Virus record (IMG/VR): IMGVR_UViG_3300035338_000026
Location: 1 to 33,601 of that record
Source of the DNA: a virus
Lineage: Duplodnaviria > Caudoviricetes
Strand: one strand, 5' to 3'
Length of the DNA: 33,601 nt
In this document: one piece after another, positions 9,442-18,112 of the stretch
How the letters are laid out: every line of letters begins with the position of its first letter
Position numbering within the stretch: position 1 is the first letter of the stretch
The notes under the pieces: model-generated
Told to the model about the DNA's origin: nothing
What the model saw: the letters and a program-made list of their open reading frames with translations, nothing else
Database searches by the model: none
Made by a program: the position numbers and the translations under genes

Positions 9442-10314
9442 TTACGCTTTGTGGGACAGATAAATCCCTGCTGTTTTGTTCTTGTAAACATCGACAATAC
9501 CATATTTGCGGTACTTCAAAATATAACTGTCTGCATCAGGATTGTTTGCTGGATCAATTACATTGCCCACTACATGCTTATCAAATTTAATGATGGCAGG
9601 CTTATGAACAATCATAAAATTGATTTCCTTACCCGTTGCGGCTTTCTTATAATGTCCCAGCTCTTCCCCTGTAGACTTACCGTCATTCAAGTCAATGGCT
9701 GTGTAGAAACGGCTCTGAGGAACCTTTTTCACCGTGCTGAAGCTTGACAAAACCTCCTTGGATTTTGTGGTGTCTAACGCCATAATGCTGTTCATAAGGG
9801 CATGTGTTGCATACAAAACCCTGCCCTCTTCCGGCACCTCGTCAGTGTCCATTTTATCTTTCGCCAAAATCAAGCCGGCAAGGAATGCCTCTGCGTTGGC
9901 ATAAGTAACAGCTTCAGCGATGGTAATTCCCGCAGTGCCCGCTAACGTGGCAAAGGTAAATGCATCTGCTTCCGGTGCAACTTTCTCTCTCTGCAGCGTT
10001 GCCCCTGCCATGTGAAAAGCAACCTGAAAGGTTTCTGCATCGTCCATGGTATCAACAGAAAGCTTTGTACCTCTGTCGTAGTTGAATGCTGCCGTTTTCC
10101 ATACAACATCAACTGCACCATTGGTATAGCCACTGTTTCTGCTGTAATCACCTAAACCGGTCACACTAATCTGGGGATATAAAACCTCGCTGGCATTTGC
10201 CCCCGCTTTCACCATGTTGCTGTCACTCACCAAATCGGAAGTGACCGACGCCAGTTTATAAACCTCGTCCAATAAATTCGTGTAGTTTTTTGCTAATGCA
10301 ATATTATTTGGCAT
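9442..10314 (-). CDS. Major capsid protein
   Basis: 290 aa after the scaffold gene; GLGDYSRNSGY, VAPEADAF and DEVPEEGRVL motifs. Confidence 0.9.
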   Translation of the reverse strand: MPNNIALAKNYTNLLDEVYKLASVTSDLVSDSNMVKAGANASEVLYPQISVTGLGDYSRNSGYTNGAVDVVWKTAAFNYDRGTKLSVDTMDDAETFQVAFHMAGATLQREKVAPEADAFTFATLAGTAGITIAEAVTYANAEAFLAGLILAKDKMDTDEVPEEGRVLYATHALMNSIMALDTTKSKEVLSSFSTVKKVPQSRFYTAIDLNDGKSTGEELGHYKKAATGKEINFMIVHKPAIIKFDKHVVGNVIDPANNPDADSYILKYRKYGIVDVYKNKTAGIYLSHKA

Positions 10315-10331
10315 AAATTAAAACCCCTTTC

Positions 10332-10892
10332 TTATTTGTTTTCTGTTATAGGTGGCAGCCCCATTACTGCCCTCATTTTACTTAGATCAGCGTTATACTC
10401 TGTGCCACCTCCGGTACCACCGGCAAACACAGGAGCTTTACTGGGATCTACATAGTAGTTCTTATCCTTGGTCAACCCCTCCAGAATATCGCTATCCCCT
10501 TTCCCTTTGTTTGCCTCATCGGATAGGGCTTTCTTAAACTCAGCAAACATGGCATTTTGTGTAAGATCATCCCGCCATTTCTTTTCCCCAACCACACTGT
10601 TAAAACGTGCCTGGAGCTCCGTTTCCCGAGCAGCCTGCTTTGTAGCAAGCTCAGCGGTTTCTTTGTCCTCCTTCACCTGTTTTTCCAAATCCTCAAACTT
10701 TTTCTTGAAGTCCTCTCCGTTTTGAGCATCGTTTTTTAAAGAAGTAATATCATCTTCGAGTTTCTTTTTATTAGCGTTGAGAGTATTAAAATCCTCCCTA
10801 GCAACAAAGTTTTTGCCGATACCACCAGCAATCTTTTTTTCCAGCTCCGCAGCGTTTTCCAAGCCCTTCAAAATTTCCTTTAACCAATCCAT
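10332..10892 (-). CDS. Capsid scaffolding protein (GP20-like)
   Basis: MDWLKEIL...KNFVAREDFN coiled-coil protein directly upstream of the capsid gene. Confidence 0.85.
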   Translation of the reverse strand: MDWLKEILKGLENAAELEKKIAGGIGKNFVAREDFNTLNANKKKLEDDITSLKNDAQNGEDFKKKFEDLEKQVKEDKETAELATKQAARETELQARFNSVVGEKKWRDDLTQNAMFAEFKKALSDEANKGKGDSDILEGLTKDKNYYVDPSKAPVFAGGTGGGTEYNADLSKMRAVMGLPPITENK

Positions 10893-11041
10893 AAATTTTC
10901 TCCTTTCGTCTCTATCCTTTTTCTCCGGCCAGTCCCGGTATTGAGCCGCCCATTTAGTCCCTGGACCCGGGTAATCCGCATCAAAAAAGAGCCTGTTTAA
11001 CGTCTGTACTCGAAGACGAGATAAAAGGGATCACCTCCACG

Positions 11042-11068
11042 TTAAAAGCCGATAGGTAACTTTTTCAT
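11042..11068 (-). CDS. Putative 8-aa mini-ORF MKKLPIGF
   Basis: Strong SD AAGGGGGTGA (11085-11076) 7 nt before ATG; stop TAA at 11044-11042. Confidence 0.35.
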   Translation of the reverse strand: MKKLPIGF

Positions 11069-11098
11069 TTTGGAATCACCCCCTTAATTTATTATATG

Positions 11099-11130
11099 AA
11101 AAAACCACTTAAACGTTTGTCTAAGTGGTT
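11099..11130 (-). terminator. Intrinsic terminator after the putative immunity gene
   Basis: AACCACTTAGAC-loop-GTTTAAGTGGTT followed by a T run on the - strand. Confidence 0.8.
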
Positions 11131-11417
11131 TAATTTTGTTGCGATTGAATTATTATTTCATCATAAAGCCAATAAAGCATTTTACCAGTTTCATTGACCG
11201 TTTCTTGATTATCCAAGCCCTTCATTACAATTTCGTCGTTTAATGCAAGAAGGATATCCCTTTTATCGACATCAATGAATGTCATAAAAAACGAACCATC
11301 GCTATTTTCATTAATAATTGGTTTGTTTTCAACCTCAGAAAAATCCGTATTAACTAACAAAGCATATAGTGTTTCATTTTTATAAAACTTTTCATCACAA
11401 TTAAATTCTATCTTCAT
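11130..11417 (-). CDS. Small acidic protein, putative immunity protein for the MuF C-terminal toxin
   Basis: 95 aa, acidic, AT-rich, directly after the extended minor capsid gene; C-terminal GLDNQETVNETGKMLYWLYDEI helix pair. Confidence 0.6.
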   Translation of the reverse strand: MKIEFNCDEKFYKNETLYALLVNTDFSEVENKPIINENSDGSFFMTFIDVDKRDILLALNDEIVMKGLDNQETVNETGKMLYWLYDEIIIQSQQN

Positions 11418-11430
11418 TACTACTCCTCCT

Positions 11431-13071
11431 TTATGGATTACATTGTATCAACTTTCCGCTCTGTGGATTAACTGTTACAACACACTTATCATTATAAAAC
11501 ACCTGACTTGGCGAAGTGCCCCCTTTTTCTCTATCTGGTGTATATTTAACAGGCTTTGCTTTCCCGTTCTTAAGCGCAGCAGCAATATCTTCAACTTCAA
11601 CACCACTTCTTGGAAAGTTTCCATGCTTAGGATCAGCTGTAGTTCCTATAACACGCTCAATAAAATGATCGCTTTGTTTTGTTATTCTAATTCCATTAGC
11701 TGTAACCGTACCTATAACCTCATTTTCAATAAGTTCATACTGTTTTTTGAAATTCTCAAAACCACACAAAGGCGAAATCATACCGGTGTCAACCTTCTTG
11801 GCATAACTTTTTAGCTGCGCATACTCTTTAGGATTATTATACTTCATGTCGTAGTATGCAGCAAGATTTTTCGGATTTCCTTCGTTGGAAATACTACCAA
11901 TCCACGCTTTATAATGTTTTTCTGATTCTGCCGTTGTACGCCTAGCTTCGCTTTTCCCATAACCACCAATCTGAGATCTATCGTTTTGCTTTTTAAGCCC
12001 CGTCTGGTTTAAGAAATCCTTTTCTCTCTCCTGCCAGCTTTTTATTTTTGCTGACGCTTCATCCGTAGAATCTCCTGTAGCTCGTAAAGTGGATTGTTCT
12101 CTTTTCCACCGCCGTATATTACGTTCAATATTTCGCTGTTCCCCAAGAGCCTCATACTCAGTCATTTTTCGGCCGTTATACGTATAATTTTTATCCTGAT
12201 ATTCCGTAAGTTGCTCTTTGGTGTATGTCCTGGATGAGCCTTCAAAGTAAGGCGAAAAACTATGAGAGCAGTTCCATCCACCTAGCCCCTCCCCTTTGCC
12301 GTATCCTGTTGCTAGTACAAAATCAGGATATTTATTGGACTTTCCCGAACGACTAAATATTTCACCCTGCCACTGGGCATGGGAAGGCCTGGCACCAGCG
12401 TGAGCTGATGTTTCAACCAGATCACAGTCCATTTCATCTGCTCGGGCTTCCTGCATCTTCAATGCCGTTTGATTTACCCCAGTTATCGTTGCCCGCCTTA
12501 CCGCAGTCTCCAGATTATCAATTTTACCTGAGGGGTATTCGATAGCTCCCACGCCCTGCTTGCTTAATTCCTTGATTGTACTTCTTATTGCTGAATTATA
12601 ATCCATTCCGCCAAGAGCGATTTGCATATATGCCCTGTTTAAAGCATTCTCAAACTGTTTTGTTGCCGTGTTTGCCGTGGTCAAGGTCAAATTATTAAAA
12701 AGCTTTTGCGTTCTCTTATATCCTGATTGCAGCACCTTTTGTAAGGATTTTGACGCTCTCACAGGACCGGGATTTAAACCATTTCGTTTGTATACAGCAT
12801 CATCCGATTTTAGCGCAACCTCCGCAGCCACCTCCATAAGAGCAGTTAGTTCCTTTTTTGATTTTCCAGTCAATCCTTTCAAATGGGAGATAATTTCTTC
12901 CCGAACCATCCCCATCTCTTCAAGCATCTTAGCTTGATGCTCTGCGGCAGGTATCCAATAATCATAGGTGCTGATACGCCTTGCCATATCTGTAAGAATA
13001 TCCATTTCCACCTGAGAATACAGCTCCACCATGGATGCAGGAACCTTTGATAAATATTCTGGTTTCAGCAT
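11431..13071 (-). CDS. Phage minor capsid protein (MuF/Phage_min_cap2 type) with C-terminal putative toxin domain
   Basis: AVRRATITGVNQ, SAHAGARPSHAQWQG and GLGGWNCSHSF motifs; about 170 extra C-terminal residues ending in SDHFIERV...VVTVNP...LIQCNP. Confidence 0.88.
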   Translation of the reverse strand: MLKPEYLSKVPASMVELYSQVEMDILTDMARRISTYDYWIPAAEHQAKMLEEMGMVREEIISHLKGLTGKSKKELTALMEVAAEVALKSDDAVYKRNGLNPGPVRASKSLQKVLQSGYKRTQKLFNNLTLTTANTATKQFENALNRAYMQIALGGMDYNSAIRSTIKELSKQGVGAIEYPSGKIDNLETAVRRATITGVNQTALKMQEARADEMDCDLVETSAHAGARPSHAQWQGEIFSRSGKSNKYPDFVLATGYGKGEGLGGWNCSHSFSPYFEGSSRTYTKEQLTEYQDKNYTYNGRKMTEYEALGEQRNIERNIRRWKREQSTLRATGDSTDEASAKIKSWQEREKDFLNQTGLKKQNDRSQIGGYGKSEARRTTAESEKHYKAWIGSISNEGNPKNLAAYYDMKYNNPKEYAQLKSYAKKVDTGMISPLCGFENFKKQYELIENEVIGTVTANGIRITKQSDHFIERVIGTTADPKHGNFPRSGVEVEDIAAALKNGKAKPVKYTPDREKGGTSPSQVFYNDKCVVTVNPQSGKLIQCNP

Positions 13072-13077
13072 GGATTA

Positions 13078-14472
13078 TCACTCCTCGTCAAACATAGGGG
13101 TTTCTTCTACAGTGGGCATATATTCCTTTGCTTCATCCTCAGTAATACCAAAATACCAAGCAAGGAACTTTTCTGGCTTCAAATAGCCGCTGTCCACCAA
13201 GGCCTTTCTCTGGGCATATTCCACAGCGGTATCCGTTAGTACCCCATCACCCCAAGTGAATCCAATTTCATATTCTCCATCAGGTGTTAATTTATAAAGT
13301 CTGGCATAGAAATCCATAGCCCATACAAGCTGTTCTAATGCGGATTGTAGGGCTTTTTGAATATCACTCACAGCAGAATAACTGCGCTGCTTACTCATTT
13401 TGATTTCTTCCGCCGTCTTTTCCTGATTCTGTGGATCTGAAAGGGTACCGTAGGATAAATAGCAATTGAATTCAATACGGCGTAATAGCTGATTTAATCC
13501 GTTAAACAAAGCGGAATCTCTAATTTGGGGATTAAATACGGAATATAAGTCTTTTCCGTTTCCAGATTCAATGCCTAGCTCACGAAATAAGCGTTTTCTC
13601 CGTTCCGGCAGCTTGCTTCCCATAATTGCCCCCATAGATGCATCAATAGCAAGCTCACCACCTTCATATTCCCATAAGATACGGCTATATTGCTTATCAG
13701 CCTGCTCAATCAAGGATACCGCCCGACTGTAAGCAGATACACCCAATGGAGATCCATCATCGATCTGGTTCGCAAAAGGCATCTTGAAATAAGCAAATAG
13801 AGGACGGGTGGGCACAGATCCGTCTGCAAATTTAAGCACCATTTCGGGCGTAAGATCTTTCCACTCATCCACTATTGCAAGTGATGTTCTCACACCCAGC
13901 TCACTTTCTGCATGAGAAGCATACACAAGATTTTTTATCACATAGCCACTGTCTGTGATTTGGTGATGCTCCATCCTGGTATAAAATAGCTTACCTTTCT
14001 GCAGCCGTTCCACAAATACAGCCCCCGTGACCTCACCGCGACTGTTGAAAGCTGTGGGTAAAAATCTCCCTGCATGAACGTAGTCCACAACAATACGCCC
14101 GTTATCCACATAAGGCTTAAATACTAAGCCGCCTGTAGCAATTGCATATTCCGTCTTTTCCCGAAGCTTTTTCAATACCTCTTTGTAATCTTCCTGAAGG
14201 AATTTCGCCCTGGCATCGCCGGAAATACTGCTCTCAAATTCCACAGTAACCAGTCTGGCCAACTCCCCTGTAATAGAAGCAGGAAGCCCTAAGCTCTGGG
14301 TATTTTTATCCTCCCAAGGCGGGTTCCCTTGGAAAAGCTTCCACCATAAATCTATTCCACTTTGCATTTCACTACTCACAGCCACTTCTGCCCCAATAGC
14401 CGTTTTTATCGTATTCGGAGGAAACAGCATACTTATCACACTCCTTACCCAAGTAATCAATTTTCCAAACAA
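13078..14472 (-). CDS. Portal protein (SPP1 gp6/A118-like); probable TTG start at 14472
   Basis: SPLGVSAY, WEYEGG and KTAEEIK motifs; follows TerL; SD GGGGG precedes the TTG. Confidence 0.9.
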   Translation of the reverse strand: MFGKLITWVRSVISMLFPPNTIKTAIGAEVAVSSEMQSGIDLWWKLFQGNPPWEDKNTQSLGLPASITGELARLVTVEFESSISGDARAKFLQEDYKEVLKKLREKTEYAIATGGLVFKPYVDNGRIVVDYVHAGRFLPTAFNSRGEVTGAVFVERLQKGKLFYTRMEHHQITDSGYVIKNLVYASHAESELGVRTSLAIVDEWKDLTPEMVLKFADGSVPTRPLFAYFKMPFANQIDDGSPLGVSAYSRAVSLIEQADKQYSRILWEYEGGELAIDASMGAIMGSKLPERRKRLFRELGIESGNGKDLYSVFNPQIRDSALFNGLNQLLRRIEFNCYLSYGTLSDPQNQEKTAEEIKMSKQRSYSAVSDIQKALQSALEQLVWAMDFYARLYKLTPDGEYEIGFTWGDGVLTDTAVEYAQRKALVDSGYLKPEKFLAWYFGITEDEAKEYMPTVEETPMFDEE

Positions 14473-14474
14473 GC

Positions 14475-15707
14475 TTACGCCCCCCTTCTTTTCCAAACTT
14501 CTTCCATGGCGTATCTAACTGCATCAATGTGATGATTGTCTTTATCAGGATAGCCTTGGACAGGGGTTCCATCCTTATCCCGTTCATATTCATAATGCAT
14601 GAATTCCTTTGCGGTATCTGGACACCGTTCAGGATCAATCACAATGGCCGTAAGTGCTTGCATCCACTTCATAGAATATTCCACGCTGCCCGGTCCTTTA
14701 ATTGCCCCACGACACCATAATCCATAGGATTTGTAATCGGCCACTGATTTTGGTTCTGCGGAATCGGCTGTAATTTTATCCTCTATGGTCATTCCTTTTT
14801 TTATCAGCTCCTCAGCTGTTTGTCTGTTGCCCATCTTGATACGAGTCAACTCTTCAAAGATATATAAAATACGTCTGGCCGCATCATAATGCATACGGTT
14901 GAATGCCCATGGATCGGGAAAATATCCCCAGTCTACACCATTGTAAATATGATCAAATAAATGAATCTCGTTTTGTGTAATCTCTCGAAGTCGAACATTC
15001 TCAAAGACTGCCCCGCCTGTACCCGTTACCTCGCCCAGATATTCATGACGATAAGCACGTTCATTGGTGGCCTTTAAGTGTTCTGCCTCAATAAAAAACT
15101 GCTCCCCAAGCCATGCTTTTGGAACAGTCTCATAGGTGCTATGATGCACTAGCCTATCATCATTTTGTTTTAGAACTTCATCATTCACCCAGTTACGGGC
15201 TGACTTTGGCGGGTTATAGGTGTAGAACACATAGAAGAAATCCCCGCCACGCATGAGAGACTGGTTAATTGTTCTAACCTCTTCCATACCTGTAAATTCG
15301 TCCAGCTCCTCGTACCAAATATATTTACAATATCCATGACGAAACTTTGTGGACTTTATTTTTTTTGGATTGTCAGCACCACGGAAAAGTATCTTTTGCC
15401 CTGTAGGGTTATAAATCAGCTCCAATGGGCTTAATTTTGCCGTCCATAAATGAGAAACCTTTAACGCCTCAATGGCCCATAGGAGCTGCTCATACACGCT
15501 ATCCTTTAGGTTTAACCCGATCTTACGCATAGCAACGCAATTTGCCTTTGGGTCCGACATCATGCCTGTAATAATTTCTGACGAAGCAAAAGAGGATTTT
15601 GTGGATCCACGGCCACCACCAAGCATATAGTGGGTGTGCTGCCTTAGCTTAATGTCGTGATGCACACTGTAAAACGACGGGGCGATTAAGTCAGAAAGCC
15701 TAACCAT
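14475..15707 (-). CDS. terL: Terminase large subunit (PBSX family); probable ATG start at 15707
   Basis: Walker A GGRGSTKS, Walker B IWYEE, TYNPP, GVDWG and HHIDAVRY nuclease motifs. Confidence 0.95.
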   Translation of the reverse strand: MVRLSDLIAPSFYSVHHDIKLRQHTHYMLGGGRGSTKSSFASSEIITGMMSDPKANCVAMRKIGLNLKDSVYEQLLWAIEALKVSHLWTAKLSPLELIYNPTGQKILFRGADNPKKIKSTKFRHGYCKYIWYEELDEFTGMEEVRTINQSLMRGGDFFYVFYTYNPPKSARNWVNDEVLKQNDDRLVHHSTYETVPKAWLGEQFFIEAEHLKATNERAYRHEYLGEVTGTGGAVFENVRLREITQNEIHLFDHIYNGVDWGYFPDPWAFNRMHYDAARRILYIFEELTRIKMGNRQTAEELIKKGMTIEDKITADSAEPKSVADYKSYGLWCRGAIKGPGSVEYSMKWMQALTAIVIDPERCPDTAKEFMHYEYERDKDGTPVQGYPDKDNHHIDAVRYAMEEVWKRRGA

Positions 15708-16164
15708 CCGCACCACCATCCGGAGGAATGTCGTCCAAGATTTGTACAACTGCGTTACCTTCAACCTGAATTTTTTCAGTTAATAGGCTATAACGTTTGG
15801 CGAGTAGCTCGGCGCATTTATTAGAATCTTTCAATGAAATTTTCTTTTTGACAATAGCGGCCCCAGAGCATCCGTCTCCGCATCCCTCGACCACTACAAC
15901 CTCTTCTTCTAATTCCTGTCTTATACCTTTTGTAAGATATTCCATAACCTCCATTGCATCAGCAATTTTAGCATTAGAAATTTTCTCAAGCTGTTCATCA
16001 ACATAGTTTTTGACGTTAACATTGGTTAACATTCTGCTCGCAGCTGCTTTCGCTACATCATCCTTTTTCACATTGGGATAAGCCACTTTATATGCTCTGG
16101 TGGCATTAAGGTCGATCAAATATTCATCTGCAAATCGTTTCTGTTTTTCGGTCAATAATACCAC
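15700..16164 (-). CDS. terS: Terminase small subunit
   Basis: LTEKQKRFADEYLIDLNATRAY motif. Confidence 0.95.
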   Translation of the reverse strand: MVLLTEKQKRFADEYLIDLNATRAYKVAYPNVKKDDVAKAAASRMLTNVNVKNYVDEQLEKISNAKIADAMEVMEYLTKGIRQELEEEVVVVEGCGDGCSGAAIVKKKISLKDSNKCAELLAKRYSLLTEKIQVEGNAVVQILDDIPPDGGADG

Positions 16165-16182
16165 CTCACTTTCTTCTCAATT

Positions 16183-16208
16183 AAAAAAGCACCTTTATCA
16201 AGGTGCTT
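16183..16208 (-). terminator. Intrinsic terminator of the two-gene moron
   Basis: AAGCACCTT-GATA-AAGGTGCTT then T tract on the - strand. Confidence 0.8.
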
Positions 16209-16223
16209 GATGCAGAAATATAA

Positions 16224-16679
16224 TTATTTAACTTCAAACTCATATATTGCAACTAATTTATCTTCAGGTGGTATTTTATCTTCCTGAAATATCGGACCAT
16301 CAACACGATCTTGCTTATATACTTTTATCTGATAATCTCCTGCTTCTGGAAATGAAATCCCGTTAATTTTTGAAAAAATCATTTCAGAAAAAGAAGTTGA
16401 TCCGTTTCCGCCCTCTTTCTCAGAACTACGGGGAAATGTAATACTTAGTTCTTCAACCTTTATAAAACTGCCCGATTTCTTGCTTTGGATGAAATAGTGC
16501 AAAACATATTCATGTTCAGCACTATATAGACCCATACTATTTATTACACTTACTATACAAAAATTTTTTTGGCTGCCATTATCAAATTGTATACCATTAA
16601 AATAACTTTTTATAGTACGAGTCTCATAATCTGCACTCTCGCACATAATAAGAGAAACATTTAAAAATTTTAGGCTCAT
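16224..16679 (-). CDS. Hypothetical moron protein, DUF6941-like beta-sandwich
   Basis: 151 aa; N-terminal SLIMCE and C-terminal ISFPEAGDYQIKV pattern recalled from DUF6941-type proteins (not verified). ATGA-coupled to the upstream gene. Confidence 0.5.
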   Translation of the reverse strand: MSLKFLNVSLIMCESADYETRTIKSYFNGIQFDNGSQKNFCIVSVINSMGLYSAEHEYVLHYFIQSKKSGSFIKVEELSITFPRSSEKEGGNGSTSFSEMIFSKINGISFPEAGDYQIKVYKQDRVDGPIFQEDKIPPEDKLVAIYEFEVK

Positions 16680-17272
16680 CTTTCATCACCGTTCTTCACA
16701 AATTTTGATTTTCCGTAATTCCAACCATATCTTACAGCTTCAGGATCCCTATTTATTTGACCGCCTGCTAAAGTATCTACTTTGTAATACCCTTTTAAAT
16801 CATCTTTTGTAGCTAAATCTTTTGTTACATCAATTATATTCACTTTTAATTCATAAAGACTTTCCTTAAAATCTTTTTTCATTTCTTCTAAATTTTCATG
16901 AGTTTTAATTTGTGTATCTGTTGCTTGATCAAGATTGTAGAAACTCAAATACAGTGATATTATCCCAATTATTAAAGCAACTAATCCTAAAACCATACCT
17001 ACCCAATTGTTCATTATTTGCAGCGTTAATTCTTCTTTTTTTACATAGCTTACGATAAATAATCCAACAGTTCCAAATCCAATTATGTAAATCGTAAACC
17101 TTGGCCAAAAAAAACGAAAACAGTCAACTACATCTCTTAGCCGTTGTTCGCGCCCTTTTTTTAACCTAAAATCCTCTCCACCCAATAATAATTTAAAAAT
17201 GATAAATCCTTCTATCGCCATTATTAAAGTCAGCAGCATAATAATTAATGATCCACTAATAGTAAAGGTCAT
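16676..17272 (-). CDS. Hypothetical moron membrane protein (three predicted TM helices plus coiled coil)
   Basis: Hydrophobic stretches at about aa 5-30, 58-77 and 89-112; C-terminal coiled coil with DLATKDDL; AT-rich. Confidence 0.75.
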   Translation of the reverse strand: MTFTISGSLIIMLLTLIMAIEGFIIFKLLLGGEDFRLKKGREQRLRDVVDCFRFFWPRFTIYIIGFGTVGLFIVSYVKKEELTLQIMNNWVGMVLGLVALIIGIISLYLSFYNLDQATDTQIKTHENLEEMKKDFKESLYELKVNIIDVTKDLATKDDLKGYYKVDTLAGGQINRDPEAVRYGWNYGKSKFVKNGDER

Positions 17273-17315
17273 ATTAACACCTCATAAATATCATGATTTT
17301 AGTTTGTATAAAAAA

Positions 17316-17344
17316 ATTATAACTAATTCACAGACCTTTTTCAA
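17316..17344 (-). promoter_or_regulatory. SigA-type promoter of the moron
   Basis: TTGAAA (17344-17339), 17-nt spacer, TATAAT (17321-17316). Confidence 0.75.
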
Positions 17345-17361
17345 CACTTTTCGAAGGCAAC

Positions 17362-17390
17362 AAAAAGGCACCAGCTTTCGCCAATGCCCT
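17362..17390 (-). terminator. Terminator-like hairpin downstream of the late regulator gene/late promoter
   Basis: AGGGCATTGGC-GAAA-GCTGGTGCCTT then T run; G-U pairs favour the - strand. Confidence 0.65.
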
Positions 17391-17422
17391 TAGGAGGTAT
17401 TTATTCAAATCTCTACAGTATC

Positions 17423-17455
17423 ATAATAACACCAAAACACGTCCCCTGGGTCACC
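17423..17455 (-). promoter_or_regulatory. Putative activator-dependent late promoter
   Basis: Extended -10 TG-T-TATTAT (17431-17423) with no recognisable -35, immediately after the late-activator gene, as for RinA/ArpU-type promoters. Confidence 0.45.
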
Positions 17456-17876
17456 TTCTTTTTCTAGATAATACATCAAAAAATTTTCTGCGCACCTTGT
17501 AAAATTGATTCTTACCCAGTGGCACCCCTAAATACTGATAGGGAATCCCATCTGCAACATTGCTAATTACGTACGGAAAGAGTTCTTCCCCTGCTTCAAT
17601 GGCTGCTTGCTCTATTGCTTCCAAATCTTTTTTCAGCTGCGCTCGCCTGACCGCTGTATCTGCGGTATTATCGGACGTTTTATTTTCCCCTCCAATGCAA
17701 TCAAACCTAGGAGAAGAAAGTTCTGTAATCGATCTCAGTTGAGATTGTTTTTCTCGGTATTGCTTGCAAAAATACTTCAGCTCCCTATAATGATTCTCCG
17801 AAATATTATAACTTTGTAGTTTTAAATCTCTTTCTTTCCCCAACAACATCACCTCACTATTCAAATGAAATCCCAT
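17451..17876 (-). CDS. Late transcriptional activator (RinA/ArpU-like position); true start probably near 17850
   Basis: YNISENHYRELKYFCKQY and C-terminal FYKVRRKFF motifs; last early/middle gene before the packaging module. Confidence 0.65.
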   Translation of the reverse strand: MGFHLNSEVMLLGKERDLKLQSYNISENHYRELKYFCKQYREKQSQLRSITELSSPRFDCIGGENKTSDNTADTAVRRAQLKKDLEAIEQAAIEAGEELFPYVISNVADGIPYQYLGVPLGKNQFYKVRRKFFDVLSRKRR

Positions 17877-18054
17877 TCATAAAAAGCTTATAAATTGCAA
17901 AAGTAACAATTATTCCTACAATCGTATCTTCATAGCTTGTGATTGCTTGTCCATAAAGTATGTATTCTAATGCCTGCCATAATCCTCCTAATGCGCTATA
18001 AATTCCGCACCACACCATCGTCTTTAGTATTATTTTTTTATTCTTCCAACTCAC
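17857..18054 (-). CDS. Small two-TM hypothetical protein
   Basis: 65 aa with two hydrophobic segments; SD GAGAGGTG. Confidence 0.6.
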   Translation of the reverse strand: MSWKNKKIILKTMVWCGIYSALGGLWQALEYILYGQAITSYEDTIVGIIVTFAIYKLFMNGISFE

Positions 18055-18112
18055 TTAATCACCTCTCAAAACACATGAATCTATATATCCTTTCATTCCT
18101 GTAAAATATTTC

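Noticed and set aside
11028-11038. 16S rRNA gene fragment (GGATCACCTCC)
   Set aside because: Only 11 nt match with no flanking rRNA sequence; better read as an extended SD on the - strand.
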